From IMG/VR virus record IMGVR_UViG_3300025109_000005: DNA of 64,000 nucleotides, one strand, 5' to 3'. The notes beneath the pieces are model-generated. The model saw nothing but the letters and a program-made list of their open reading frames with translations, was not told the DNA's origin and ran no database searches. Positions within the stretch are counted from its first letter, which is position 1. Each line of letters opens with the position of its first letter. The translations under genes and the position numbers were made by a program. Below are positions 1-8,240 of the stretch, one piece after another. Source of the stretch: an uncultured virus (IMG/VR IMGVR_UViG_3300025109_000005) (lineage: Duplodnaviria; Heunggongvirae; Uroviricota; Caudoviricetes).

Positions 1-1
1 C

Positions 2-328
2 GTCCGACTCGGCTTGGAGACGCTCGACCGTCTCAAGTGCGCTGGTCAGCGCCCGGCGCTCCGACTGGTCCGCCGCGCCGTAGTGCTGCCGGCGATCCCG
101 GCTCACCCGGAGCGCATCCTCCGCCGCGTAGACGTCCGCCCGGCCCGTGTACCGGCGCTGCTCGTGCCGGTCGTTGAGCTGGGCGTGAACGTGATCGTCC
201 ACGTCGGTGATGAGCTCGTTGACCCTGTCGCACATGTCGTTGTCGTACTGGTGCTCGTGGCGCACCATCTCCTCGGCCTGACTGACGAGCCAGCTAAGGG
301 TATCGAGTGGGACGGTTACTTCTCTCAT
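2..328 (-). CDS. Hypothetical early-region protein (partial, runs off the window)
   Basis: ATG at 328 after AGGGGAG RBS; frame (MREVTVPLDTLSWLVSQAEE...) stays open to the window edge; translated by hand. Confidence 0.65.
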   Translation of the reverse strand, partial: MREVTVPLDTLSWLVSQAEEMVRHEHQYDNDMCDRVNELITDVDDHVHAQLNDRHEQRRYTGRADVYAAEDALRVSRDRRQHYGAADQSERRALTSALETVERLQAESD

Positions 329-389
329 GCTTGCTCCCCTTGATTGAGCGTACGAACCCGACTTCACGCCGGGGCGCTCTGATTTAATG

Positions 390-692
390 TTAACGAGTCT
401 CCAGGTGAATGTCAACGCTCAAGTAGAGCGTGCCCATCTGCAGGTTATTCGCAGCGAAGTAGACATCGTCGACGTCTGCGACTCCAGGGACAGCACGCAG
501 GTGGGTCTGGATCTTCGTCGTCCATGCGTTGACTTCTTCGATGCGGAAGAAGTCACCTGGGTGCTCCAGTATGACCGTTCCGTTAATGAGGAGGCGGTCG
601 TCGTCGTAGCAATCATCTACACACAGGTGAACACTCGAGATTGCGGGTGCTTCGACGGCTTCGACTATGCGGGTGAGGGTGACGATGTTCAT
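390..692 (-). CDS. Hypothetical protein
   Basis: 100-aa ORF with AAGGGGAACTGAC-ATG RBS block; ATGA overlap with the upstream gene. Confidence 0.7.
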   Translation of the reverse strand: MNIVTLTRIVEAVEAPAISSVHLCVDDCYDDDRLLINGTVILEHPGDFFRIEEVNAWTTKIQTHLRAVPGVADVDDVYFAANNLQMGTLYLSVDIHLETR

Positions 693-1000
693 GTCAGTTC
701 CCCTTGAGTTATGAGAACGTCAATCAGGGCTTGCAGTTCCCTGATCTGGTCGTTCCCGTAGTCGCCAATCACCCAACTGCCTTCGGGGATCGGGCACCCA
801 GCTACGAGATCAGGACATTCGATGCCCCACACACCCGCTGACCGCAAGGGGATGTCATGTATATACCGGCAAGCATCTGTCCCTGTGTTCACTGTCAGCG
901 TTGCACAGGCGACAATCCCCACCTTGGGGTACTCGTCGTAGGGTTCCTCGTCAGGTTCGAGGTGGATCGTGATCGGCCCTGCTGTGAGTATGCGTGTCAT
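689..1000 (-). CDS. Hypothetical protein
   Basis: Start reassigned to ATG at 1000 (MTRILTAG), which follows the same RBS block and lies downstream of a consensus promoter. Confidence 0.7.
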   Translation of the reverse strand: MTRILTAGPITIHLEPDEEPYDEYPKVGIVACATLTVNTGTDACRYIHDIPLRSAGVWGIECPDLVAGCPIPEGSWVIGDYGNDQIRELQALIDVLITQGELT

Positions 1001-1025
1001 GTCAGTTCCCCTTGTGATGTACCTT

Positions 1026-1054
1026 ATCTTATACCGTGACGGTATGTCTGTCAA
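1026..1054 (-). promoter_or_regulatory. Sigma70-type promoter with a palindromic operator-like spacer
   Basis: TTGACA-17 nt-TAAGAT; perfect inverted repeat ATACCGT-N-ACGGTAT at 1031-1045. Confidence 0.8.
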
Positions 1055-1072
1055 CCGCTGTGGTTGGTGGTT

Positions 1073-1390
1073 TCACGTCAGCTCCCGCGCGCAGATGATG
1101 CAGTCTTCGGGGCATGGGGCCTTCGCCCATGGGTGTCCGAACATCGACATGAACCAGTCGACGGACAGCGCTTCACGGCCCCAGTCCATCAGGTCCGGTG
1201 AGGATGTGAATACCTCTATCGCTGCCTGTGCCTGCTCCTCCGAGGAGAAGCCATCGCTCATGAAGGCGTCTTCCCACCCGTCGTGCCAGATACCCCAACC
1301 CGCTATGTGTTCTTCGCCGTTGGCGCTGCTGTGCATGTACGGGAATGCTTTGAGCATGTCCGATCCATATTCGTCGGTGAAGGTGGTCAT
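1073..1390 (-). CDS. Hypothetical protein
   Basis: Start reassigned to ATG at 1390 (MTTFTDEYG) after the AAGGGGAGCTGAC block. Confidence 0.7.
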   Translation of the reverse strand: MTTFTDEYGSDMLKAFPYMHSSANGEEHIAGWGIWHDGWEDAFMSDGFSSEEQAQAAIEVFTSSPDLMDWGREALSVDWFMSMFGHPWAKAPCPEDCIICARELT

Positions 1391-1415
1391 GTCAGCTCCC
1401 CTTGTTGGTGTATTC

Positions 1416-1444
1416 AATCTATACCGTGTTGGTTGTTCGTGCAA
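1416..1444 (-). promoter_or_regulatory. Sigma70-type promoter
   Basis: TTGCAC-17 nt-TAGATT; spacer carries a degenerate copy of the operator (ACGGTAT half-site). Confidence 0.7.
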
Positions 1445-1608
1445 GTTTTATTCGCTTGGCTACCGGTCCGGCGGGCCTCCGGTCCGGTCCGGCTGGCCTG
1501 CCGGCGCGCACAGCTCACCGGCCTGCCGGCCTCGAGCGTGAGCTCCGGGCGCACTTCGGCGCAGACCTGGATGTTGTGCGGGTTCATGGGTGCGTCTCCG
1601 GTGTGCGA

Positions 1609-1633
1609 GGTAGCGGGCCCTGGACCCGCTACC
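1609..1633 (-). terminator. Stem-loop downstream of the 1642-2511 gene
   Basis: GGTAGCGGG / CCCGCTACC inverted repeat; no clear U-tract. Confidence 0.45.
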
Positions 1634-1641
1634 CCGTGGGT

Positions 1642-2511
1642 CTATGCTGCGTTGCTCCTGCGGAGCGCCGAGCCGAGTGCGCCATGCATGGCGAGACGGT
1701 AGCCAGCACGCCTTGAACCGCGCGACGTTCCATCGCATCCACCACAGTCTACACAGGGTAGACCAATGGCATCGGCGAGACACTCGCGCAAGCCCAGCGC
1801 CGTGAACGCACTATCATCCGCCTCGGACTCGGACGCTGCGAAGGGTCGCCAGCCCGCCGACTTGGCACGTAGGGCATCCGCGGGCCGTCCGACGCTCGCC
1901 ATGAACAAGGTAGCCCACTCGATGGGCAGGCTACGCCACTCGGCTGTATATCCGAGGTGTCGCTTTGCCTCGGACGCGAGACCTTGCCAGACCGACAGGG
2001 GTACCGCGGACGGGTCGCCCTCCATACCGAACCGCATAATTGCGTCGCGGAAGAACCCCGTGGGCAGGTGCGAGGGGTCAATCTGCCAGCCCGACCCTAT
2101 CGGCATAGGTGTACCGTGGGCTTCGAGGTAGCGGATAGCGGCTTCCCATGCCGCCTGTAGCCTGCTCTTATTCACGTAGCAGGTTCCCGCACCCCCGCGG
2201 GGCTTCGACTTGTGGCCGCATGCGTCGGGGCACACAGCCCCGTCTAGTCCGCGTACCCACGCCTCCATGGGGCTACGCGCCTGTGCCATGATAGCGAGCT
2301 GTATCGCGTCGCCCGTCTTGCCGTTGTCCGATGGCTCCCGTACGCGGGTCGCTACGACCATAACGGCTTCGCCATTCAAGCGAGACGGGCCAGCCCACAC
2401 CACGACGCTCGTGGGTATGTCCGCTATCCTAGTGATCCCTAGCAGGGATTTAAGGTGTTTCTTGTAGAGCTTGCGCCACTGGTTCGGCGCGCGCTTTCTT
2501 CTGTCAATCAT
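1642..2511 (-). CDS. Conserved Cys-rich phage protein (Gp88-like, tentative)
   Basis: WAGPSRLNG...NGKTGD, CxxxC...CY, RFGMEGD and GYT motifs, C-terminal CxxCxxC. Confidence 0.55.
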   Translation of the reverse strand: MIDRRKRAPNQWRKLYKKHLKSLLGITRIADIPTSVVVWAGPSRLNGEAVMVVATRVREPSDNGKTGDAIQLAIMAQARSPMEAWVRGLDGAVCPDACGHKSKPRGGAGTCYVNKSRLQAAWEAAIRYLEAHGTPMPIGSGWQIDPSHLPTGFFRDAIMRFGMEGDPSAVPLSVWQGLASEAKRHLGYTAEWRSLPIEWATLFMASVGRPADALRAKSAGWRPFAASESEADDSAFTALGLRECLADAIGLPCVDCGGCDGTSRGSRRAGYRLAMHGALGSALRRSNAA

Positions 2512-2540
2512 GGTTACCCCTTGTTTGAATGTCTACAGGT

Positions 2541-2569
2541 AGATTATTCCGTGGTGGTATGAATGTCCA
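2541..2569 (-). promoter_or_regulatory. Sigma70-type promoter
   Basis: TGGACA-17 nt-TAATCT; spacer ATACCACCACGGAAT resembles the 1031-1045 palindrome. Confidence 0.65.
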
Positions 2570-2753
2570 CACAATTCGTCAAGTTAATTTGGGCGCTGCA
2601 ATGGGCGGAGCTGTGCAACGGGCGCGCGGGTACCGCGCCTTGCCGGCCTTGCCGGCTATGATTTGACAGCTCTTGAGCTGGACCTGGAGATCCGCGCAGC
2701 TGTGCCCCGCCCCCTCTTGCGAGGGAGCTCCAGGGCTTCGAGATGCGTGCGGG

Positions 2754-2963
2754 CTATACGAGTCCGAGTGCGAGCAACCACGACGGGCAACCGCCGAACG
2801 TGGTACCGTCCGGTTCAATGGGCGAACCGTCCAGTGCTTCGCACACACTATCGAACACCCACGCGCGTAGGGTTTCGAAGCTGGGTGTATCGTATCGGGT
2901 ACCGCGCCATTCGATCCACGCGGGCAGACCGTCATCGTTGATAGGTCCCTGTGTTAGTTCCAT
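2754..2963 (-). CDS. Small conserved phage protein
   Basis: C-terminal CEALDG..IEPDG...CPSWLLALGLV pattern familiar from small phage proteins; GGAG RBS. Confidence 0.7.
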   Translation of the reverse strand: MELTQGPINDDGLPAWIEWRGTRYDTPSFETLRAWVFDSVCEALDGSPIEPDGTTFGGCPSWLLALGLV

Positions 2964-2966
2964 GGT

Positions 2967-3161
2967 TCAGTCTCCGTTGGTGGTAGCGTTGTAGGTTGCG
3001 CGGAATGCGTCGCACCGCGCCTTGTAATCTTCCCACGACTCACCGTCGTGGGGCGGCCCGGGCAATGCCGGGCAATCGTGTACGTTGAAGTCGAGTGCGG
3101 GCATGATTGCCCCGCATCCCGTGCAGCGCACGGCTCCAGTACTGTCTCCGTTCCCATTCAT
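2967..3161 (-). CDS. Small putative Zn-binding protein
   Basis: CxxC...HxC; same RBS block (CCAACGGAGACTGAACCATG) as the next gene. Confidence 0.6.
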   Translation of the reverse strand: MNGNGDSTGAVRCTGCGAIMPALDFNVHDCPALPGPPHDGESWEDYKARCDAFRATYNATTNGD

Positions 3162-3164
3162 GGT

Positions 3165-3251
3165 TCAGTCTCCGTTGGGGTTGTTGGGGTAGAGGTAGGC
3201 GCCCCATGCGAGCCAAAGCCCGCACAGAGCGTAGACACACAGCCACGTCAC
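3165..3251 (-). CDS. 28-aa hydrophobic peptide (not in the ORF track)
   Basis: MTWLCVYALCGLWLAWGAYLYPNNPNGD*; GTGA overlap with the upstream ORF; fills the gap exactly. Confidence 0.45.
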   Translation of the reverse strand: MTWLCVYALCGLWLAWGAYLYPNNPNGD

Positions 3252-3388
3252 GAGGTCTGCCAGCAAGGCAGGCATACGGGCACTGCATCGTATACGAAGA
3301 ACCCATAGCCCGCGCGATAGGCAAGCCCGACCTTGTAGCGGTGTAGGTTTTCATAGCGCGGGCCATGGCAGTCGTAGCAGCGAGTCAT
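3248..3388 (-). CDS. 46-aa zinc-finger-like protein (not in the ORF track)
   Basis: MTRCYDC...VCLPCWQTS* with two CxxC pairs; ATGA overlap with the upstream gene. Confidence 0.55.
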   Translation of the reverse strand: MTRCYDCHGPRYENLHRYKVGLAYRAGYGFFVYDAVPVCLPCWQTS

Positions 3389-3819
3389 GCGATACCTCGC
3401 TCACGGGCGTTCACGGTGGACACGTGGTCAGCGGTAAGGCGATGAACCTTGGTTGCGCCTGAACGCAACATTGTGCCGAGTGCTCCGCGTAGCGCGTCGA
3501 ATAGGGCGCGGTCCGAACCCTTCGCATCCTCAACTTTTGAACGGTCGCCCGCTTCGATTTCTCTCTGGACCTTGTCACGGGTATCCGCGTTGACCTTGGA
3601 CGCGAGTAGCAGCGCGATTGTCTGGTAGGGTAGGGGCTTACTGGCTTCCCTGTCTTCGCTCACGGTTACCGTGGCTGTGAGCCTGTGAGTGTAGGCGGTG
3701 CCGTTGACTACCACGGTTGACACGACGTCGACAGGTTCGGACCCGACGGCGGCATCCTTGCGCGTCTCCGCTGCGAGCTGGGCGTAATACTTGGACAAGG
3801 TCTTATATGTTGCGTGCAT
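3385..3819 (-). CDS. Hypothetical protein
   Basis: Start reassigned to ATG at 3819 after GGAGAAAAC RBS. Confidence 0.7.
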   Translation of the reverse strand: MHATYKTLSKYYAQLAAETRKDAAVGSEPVDVVSTVVVNGTAYTHRLTATVTVSEDREASKPLPYQTIALLLASKVNADTRDKVQREIEAGDRSKVEDAKGSDRALFDALRGALGTMLRSGATKVHRLTADHVSTVNARERGIA

Positions 3820-4149
3820 GTTTTCTCCGGGGATTGGATGGTTGACACGGTAGCCGTATCGACAGGTGCACGGGCCGACCCGTGCAACCATCGGGCGGCT
3901 ATCGGGGCTCTCCTGCGAACCGCACGGTATGCGTGTTCATATGGTGGTAGTTGTACAACGTGAACCCGGGCGGGTTCCCGTTCGGCCACAACTCACGGAA
4001 CAGGGCACTGTCGGTAGGGTACGTGGCACAACGACTCGTTGCGTATTCGTGTAGCAGCACGAGGGCCGCGGAAACGGTGCGCTCTTCACGCGCCGTCTTT
4101 GCAATGGTCATGAAGCGGGCAAAGTTCATGTTTTCTCCGGGGATTGGAT
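3817..4149. repeat. 23-bp direct repeat covering RBS and start codon (3817-3839 and 4127-4149)
   Basis: CATGTTTTCTCCGGGGATTGGAT is identical at both positions. Confidence 0.9.
3899..4129 (-). CDS. Hypothetical protein
   Basis: 76-aa ORF with the repeated RBS block; first gene after the promoter. Confidence 0.65.
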   Translation of the reverse strand: MNFARFMTIAKTAREERTVSAALVLLHEYATSRCATYPTDSALFRELWPNGNPPGFTLYNYHHMNTHTVRFAGEPR

Positions 4150-4168
4150 AGGCTTAATGCCTACACCC

Positions 4169-4198
4169 ATTATCTATTAGGTCATACCGTCCTGTCAA
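4169..4198 (-). promoter_or_regulatory. Sigma70-type promoter driving the leftward region
   Basis: TTGACA-18 nt-GATAAT; ACGGTAT half-site in the spacer. Confidence 0.65.
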
Positions 4199-4611
4199 GG
4201 GTAGCGGGTACGAATTCTAAAAGTAGTTTTTCACACACAAAGTAGTACAGCGCTGTACTTGTTCGCGTACGGAGTAGTGCGCGCGCACCTTGTTGTCGTG
4301 TTTTGCGAATACTCCCAGGAACACTGGCGCCGGCGCCGGCGCGCGGACTTCGAGCTGTCGACGGCCTATGCTGGCATCTCCCTAACAGCTTGTTCTAATC
4401 CGACCCTTCGCCCACGTGAGGGTCCGACCCGCCACAGTCCGGCGACCCGCCGGAGATAGAGGGTGCGGTACCACGGTCGCCCCGCGTGCGTTCGGTGCGG
4501 AGAGCCGGAGACCCCACCACCCCCCATCGCGCGATGCCGGGCCCCTCCGGAGAGCCCCCTCAAAATCCAAGACCATTTTTCAAAAACACAATACCATCGT
4601 GTTAATCTTCG

Positions 4612-4640
4612 TTGCACGGCCTTAACTATCTTGGTATGCT
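4612..4640 (+). promoter_or_regulatory. Sigma70-type promoter
   Basis: TTGCAC-17 nt-TATGCT upstream of the ATG at 4689. Confidence 0.65.
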
Positions 4641-4688
4641 GTGTCTCGAAGCCGGAAAGCCGGCGCCAAGTCAAACGAAGGAGAAATC

Positions 4689-5441
4689 ATGGCATGCGGA
4701 ATCTGTAGAAAGCCCGGACACAACCGACGAAGCTGCGCGGCTGTTGCAGCTGTTGCGGCTGCGGAGACCTGGCCGTTGCTCACGGAGCACTCTCTAAACA
4801 AGCCGAAGCCGGTCGAGGTCAGTCCAGCGTCGGTAGCCTCTCAGCTCACGGACCTGACGGGCCAGCGCTTCACCTGCGAGGGCGCGCTGATGAAGTTACT
4901 GAGTCGAGAAATCGTACTCACGCTCGAGGACGAAGTGATGAGGCGGCTCGACGCCCAGGTCGCGGTCGTGGCCCAGGGTGCAGCTGCCAGGGAGTTCGGC
5001 ATCGAGGTGACCCGCGAGGTGACCGCTCGAGTCGCGCTGCTCAGGGGCCTGGACGTCATGGAAGCAGGCGCCGGGGTGTCGAATGGCAGACCTGACCAGG
5101 CGAACCAACCCGCCCAACAGCTTCACGAAGAAAAAGCTGAAGAGGATGCAGTGGTTGATCGTAACACGGATGGGACCATCAGGACCCCTCCGGGCTGGGA
5201 ACTGTGGAAGTCTGCCGTTCCGGAGGAGCAGATGTCTGTCGATGACTACTACTCCAGCAAGGGCTGGGGACGGTGGTGTGGTCAGGTGGGCAACGAGACC
5301 ATCGTGTTCTACTGGACCAACAAGGAGTCCCTGCAGGGCGTGACTCCGTACACGGAGTCGGATGAGACGGGCAAGACCATTATCGTGCAGCCGACTCCAT
5401 GGGGTGAGGGGCACATCGTTCCGGCGGGCTGGGCGAGTTGA
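4689..5441 (+). CDS. Hypothetical protein with N-terminal CCHC zinc knuckle
   Basis: MACGICRKPGHNRRSC matches CX2CX4HX4C; AAGGAG RBS before 4689. Confidence 0.7.
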   Translation: MACGICRKPGHNRRSCAAVAAVAAAETWPLLTEHSLNKPKPVEVSPASVASQLTDLTGQRFTCEGALMKLLSREIVLTLEDEVMRRLDAQVAVVAQGAAAREFGIEVTREVTARVALLRGLDVMEAGAGVSNGRPDQANQPAQQLHEEKAEEDAVVDRNTDGTIRTPPGWELWKSAVPEEQMSVDDYYSSKGWGRWCGQVGNETIVFYWTNKESLQGVTPYTESDETGKTIIVQPTPWGEGHIVPAGWAS

Positions 5442-6793
5442 TGCGCTTTGTCGAGCTGTTTGCCGGAGCAGGAGGGATGTCACTCGGACTGCAGGCTGCG
5501 GGGCACGAGCACCTGCTCGGCGTCGAGTGGGACAAGGACGCTCACACGACCTACGTGGGCGGAGGATTCGAGGGTGTTCGTGGAGACGTCAGGGACGTTG
5601 GGGTCGTTGACCGCATCGTCGCCGCGTGTGGAGGAGAGCCCCTGGACCTGTTGGCGGGCGGTCCTCCTTGTCAGGCGTTCTCGAATGCGGGGAAGCGGGG
5701 TGCGGCACACGACGACCGCAACGGCTGGCCGTGGTTCCTGAGTGTCCTGCTCAAGCTCAAGGGACAGGGACTCGGGCCCACCTGGTTCGTCTGTGAGAAC
5801 GTCAAGGGGATGCTCTCGCATCGCAAGAAGGCACACGGAGGCAAGTACACGGGCGTGGTCGCGGATGACGTGATGGCGTGCCCACGATGCTACTGGGACG
5901 AGGTCTTGCTGCCTGCGTTCAGAGACGTCTTCGAGTGGGTCGACTGGTGGGTCCTGAACGCAGCGGACTACGGGGTTCCTCAGCGGAGGCACCGAGTATT
6001 CCTCGTGGGTGGGCCCAGACGCATCGAGCCGCCGATACAGACGCACAGCCAACAGGCCCTGGTTCACGACAAGTGGGTGAGCAGGTCGTACTGGGAGCGC
6101 CTTGGCATCAATGCAGTGGGTGCGCCCTCCAAGGAAGAACGGCGCGTCTTGAAAAAGATGAACGGTGTGACACCACAACACGCACCGTGGAACACCATTC
6201 GACAGGCCCTCGGCCTGGAGCAGGTCGTCGGTGGCGGGAGGAATCCTCAGAGCCCGGAGCTGGCAGAGAAGCGAAACTTCAGAGACCTCACAGACGAGCC
6301 TTCTGTCACCATGGCGGCTCAACAGGTGGGCAATCGCGGTCCCTGGTTCTCTGCCATTCGACACCAGAGTCCGTCTGCAGGAACGATTCAACATCCTGTC
6401 GATGCGCTCTGCCCCACGGTCGGGGGGAAGGGTGTGCTCTATGCAGAGGCGGAAAAACAGGAAGGCACGCACAACCCCCACTACCACGCGCATCGACTCG
6501 AGATGCTGGACAAGCCGAGCGTAGCTGTCTGCGCCACGGAGGTGAAGGGTGCGCGCCACCAGAAGTGGACCCCCGATAAGTCTCCGATGCGGGCCAGTGA
6601 CCAGATCTTTCGCGCAACGGGACGGAGGCGACTGACTGTCGAGGAGTGTGCACTCTTACAGGACTTTCCACAGGACTGGGAGTTCAACGGGACGAAGGCT
6701 TCACGTTACATGCAGGTAGGAAACGCAGTCCCGTCCAGGCTTGCCCGAGCGGTCGGTCTGGCTATCGCCAAAGGCGACGTTGATGGGAAGTAG
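5441..6793 (+). CDS. DNA (cytosine-5)-methyltransferase
   Basis: Motifs I FAGAGG, IV GGPPCQAFS, VI ENVKG, VIII QRRHRVF, IX RRLTVEECALLQDFP, X QVGNAV. Confidence 0.95.
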   Translation: MRFVELFAGAGGMSLGLQAAGHEHLLGVEWDKDAHTTYVGGGFEGVRGDVRDVGVVDRIVAACGGEPLDLLAGGPPCQAFSNAGKRGAAHDDRNGWPWFLSVLLKLKGQGLGPTWFVCENVKGMLSHRKKAHGGKYTGVVADDVMACPRCYWDEVLLPAFRDVFEWVDWWVLNAADYGVPQRRHRVFLVGGPRRIEPPIQTHSQQALVHDKWVSRSYWERLGINAVGAPSKEERRVLKKMNGVTPQHAPWNTIRQALGLEQVVGGGRNPQSPELAEKRNFRDLTDEPSVTMAAQQVGNRGPWFSAIRHQSPSAGTIQHPVDALCPTVGGKGVLYAEAEKQEGTHNPHYHAHRLEMLDKPSVAVCATEVKGARHQKWTPDKSPMRASDQIFRATGRRRLTVEECALLQDFPQDWEFNGTKASRYMQVGNAVPSRLARAVGLAIAKGDVDGK

Positions 6794-6986
6794 TCCCGCC
6801 GAAGAGGCGCTGTCACTCGTGCTGCCTGCCTTGTTCTCTGCGGAGGCTCACGTGGTCAGACAGCAGAGCCACGGGAAGCACGAACAGGACCGTATCGACG
6901 CGGAAGAGTGGGTCGAGAAGTTTGGGGGTCTCATGCACCAGTTGAGAGGTTACGGCTTTAACGGAGAAGAAGATGCCCAGAGATGA
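6783..6986 (+). CDS. Hypothetical protein
   Basis: ATG overlapping the MTase 3' end; 67 aa. Confidence 0.5.
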   Translation: MGSSPAEEALSLVLPALFSAEAHVVRQQSHGKHEQDRIDAEEWVEKFGGLMHQLRGYGFNGEEDAQR

Positions 6987-7203
6987 TTTCCAGAGACTCT
7001 GTCCGAACGGTCACCCCGCGAACGGAGCTCCTTGCGCCCACTACAAGTGTGAGAGGCGCGCGACTGTACCCGCTCCCGCACCACGGGAGACGAAACCCAC
7101 TCCCCTCGAGCCGCACCCGCTCGACCTGCGCCTCGACAAGATCGAGGTCATCCACTGGGATGGCCCTCTACGAGATGGTCAGCCGCCCAGGGGCCACAAG
7201 TAG
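6973..7203 (+). CDS. Hypothetical protein
   Basis: GGAG RBS, overlapping start, Cys/His cluster. Confidence 0.45.
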   Translation: MPRDDFQRLCPNGHPANGAPCAHYKCERRATVPAPAPRETKPTPLEPHPLDLRLDKIEVIHWDGPLRDGQPPRGHK

Positions 7204-7793
7204 CACTCGGTCTCGGCGCATCCCTTGGCGGCTACACGCAGCAGACCCGCGACTCCGGCAGTCGTGAGGATGGACGAGTCGATGAACAGCGAGAGGTGCT
7301 CGACCTCACCGACGAGGTCGTCACTCTCATCGAGAGCGCGGAAGGCCATGTTGTCGAGGTGGAAGGTGAGAGTCTCACCCTCTGCCTTCAGACCCGTGAC
7401 CTCGGTGACTCCGACCTTGAAGTTGCTGTCCTCGACGACTGCGTTGGGCGGATCGGCGACGAAGCTGTCGGAACCCTCTCCCCACATCGCGAGGAGCATC
7501 GGAAGTGTCAGGTCGAACGCCTGGCGCTCCGGGCGGTCTGTGAACGCGAGAGCCGTGTTGAGGTCGTCTGCGTTGAACGAGAGCTCGTGCCTCGTGTCGT
7601 TGACCTTCGTGACGGTGCCTGCCTCGATGGCGACGACGAACAGCAGCTTCGCTGGGGTGTCTGGGCTCTGGGCGCTGAGACGGTCGGCGAAAGCACGGAC
7701 GGTCTCGGCCTTGGTGTTCGTCGCTTCCTCGGCATTACCCGAGCAGGAAATGAGAGCAGCGAGCGCTACACAGGAAAATAGTCTTTGAGTCAT
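7179..7793 (-). CDS. Putative lipoprotein
   Basis: Signal peptide with lipobox LIS-C; GGAGGA RBS; FTDRPER...SFVADPPNA domain resembling bacterial exported proteins. Confidence 0.75.
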   Translation of the reverse strand: MTQRLFSCVALAALISCSGNAEEATNTKAETVRAFADRLSAQSPDTPAKLLFVVAIEAGTVTKVNDTRHELSFNADDLNTALAFTDRPERQAFDLTLPMLLAMWGEGSDSFVADPPNAVVEDSNFKVGVTEVTGLKAEGETLTFHLDNMAFRALDESDDLVGEVEHLSLFIDSSILTTAGVAGLLRVAAKGCAETECYLWPLGG

Positions 7794-7843
7794 GGTTCCT
7801 CCTCGACAGGGGTAACCCGTTAAGGAATGACCATGGATGAAGA

Positions 7844-8227
7844 TCAGGCCTTCTTCCGCCCTCGAGTCGTCCTGGCGGTGCTCTTCTTCGTGGTGTTCGT
7901 CCTGGGCCTGGGCGTCGGGCTGGCCTTGATTTTCGCCTTCTCGGACTTGACGGCTGGTTTCGGACTCCTGGGCGCAGCGACGGGAGCGGCGACGGGAGCA
8001 GGGGCAGTGACGTCTCTGACCTGAGTGGCAGTTGTTCTCAGTGAGCGCAACATGTCCACCACAGCGGATACATCCTCGACGCCCCTCACCGTGAGGGTTC
8101 CGGCCTCCTGGCGACCGGTAGAAGTGGTCTCTACGCTGTAGTCGTCGAGACCGAGATTACGCATCGCCTGGTGCGCGAAGGCCTCGAGCGACTGCTCTCT
8201 GGTGAGCTGCATGGTGAAGTCGGACAT
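7844..8227 (-). CDS. Hypothetical protein with Lys/Arg/Thr-rich tail (possibly DNA-binding)
   Basis: ATG at 8227 after AAGGAG; basic low-complexity C-terminus. Confidence 0.65.
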   Translation of the reverse strand: MSDFTMQLTREQSLEAFAHQAMRNLGLDDYSVETTSTGRQEAGTLTVRGVEDVSAVVDMLRSLRTTATQVRDVTAPAPVAAPVAAPRSPKPAVKSEKAKIKASPTPRPRTNTTKKSTARTTRGRKKA

Positions 8228-8240
8228 GGTGTCTCCTTGA

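Noticed and set aside
690..4149. Early-region repeats as a CRISPR array or attC integron
   Set aside because: The repeats are RBS/start blocks separated by whole genes of variable length; there is no integrase or attC-like structure.
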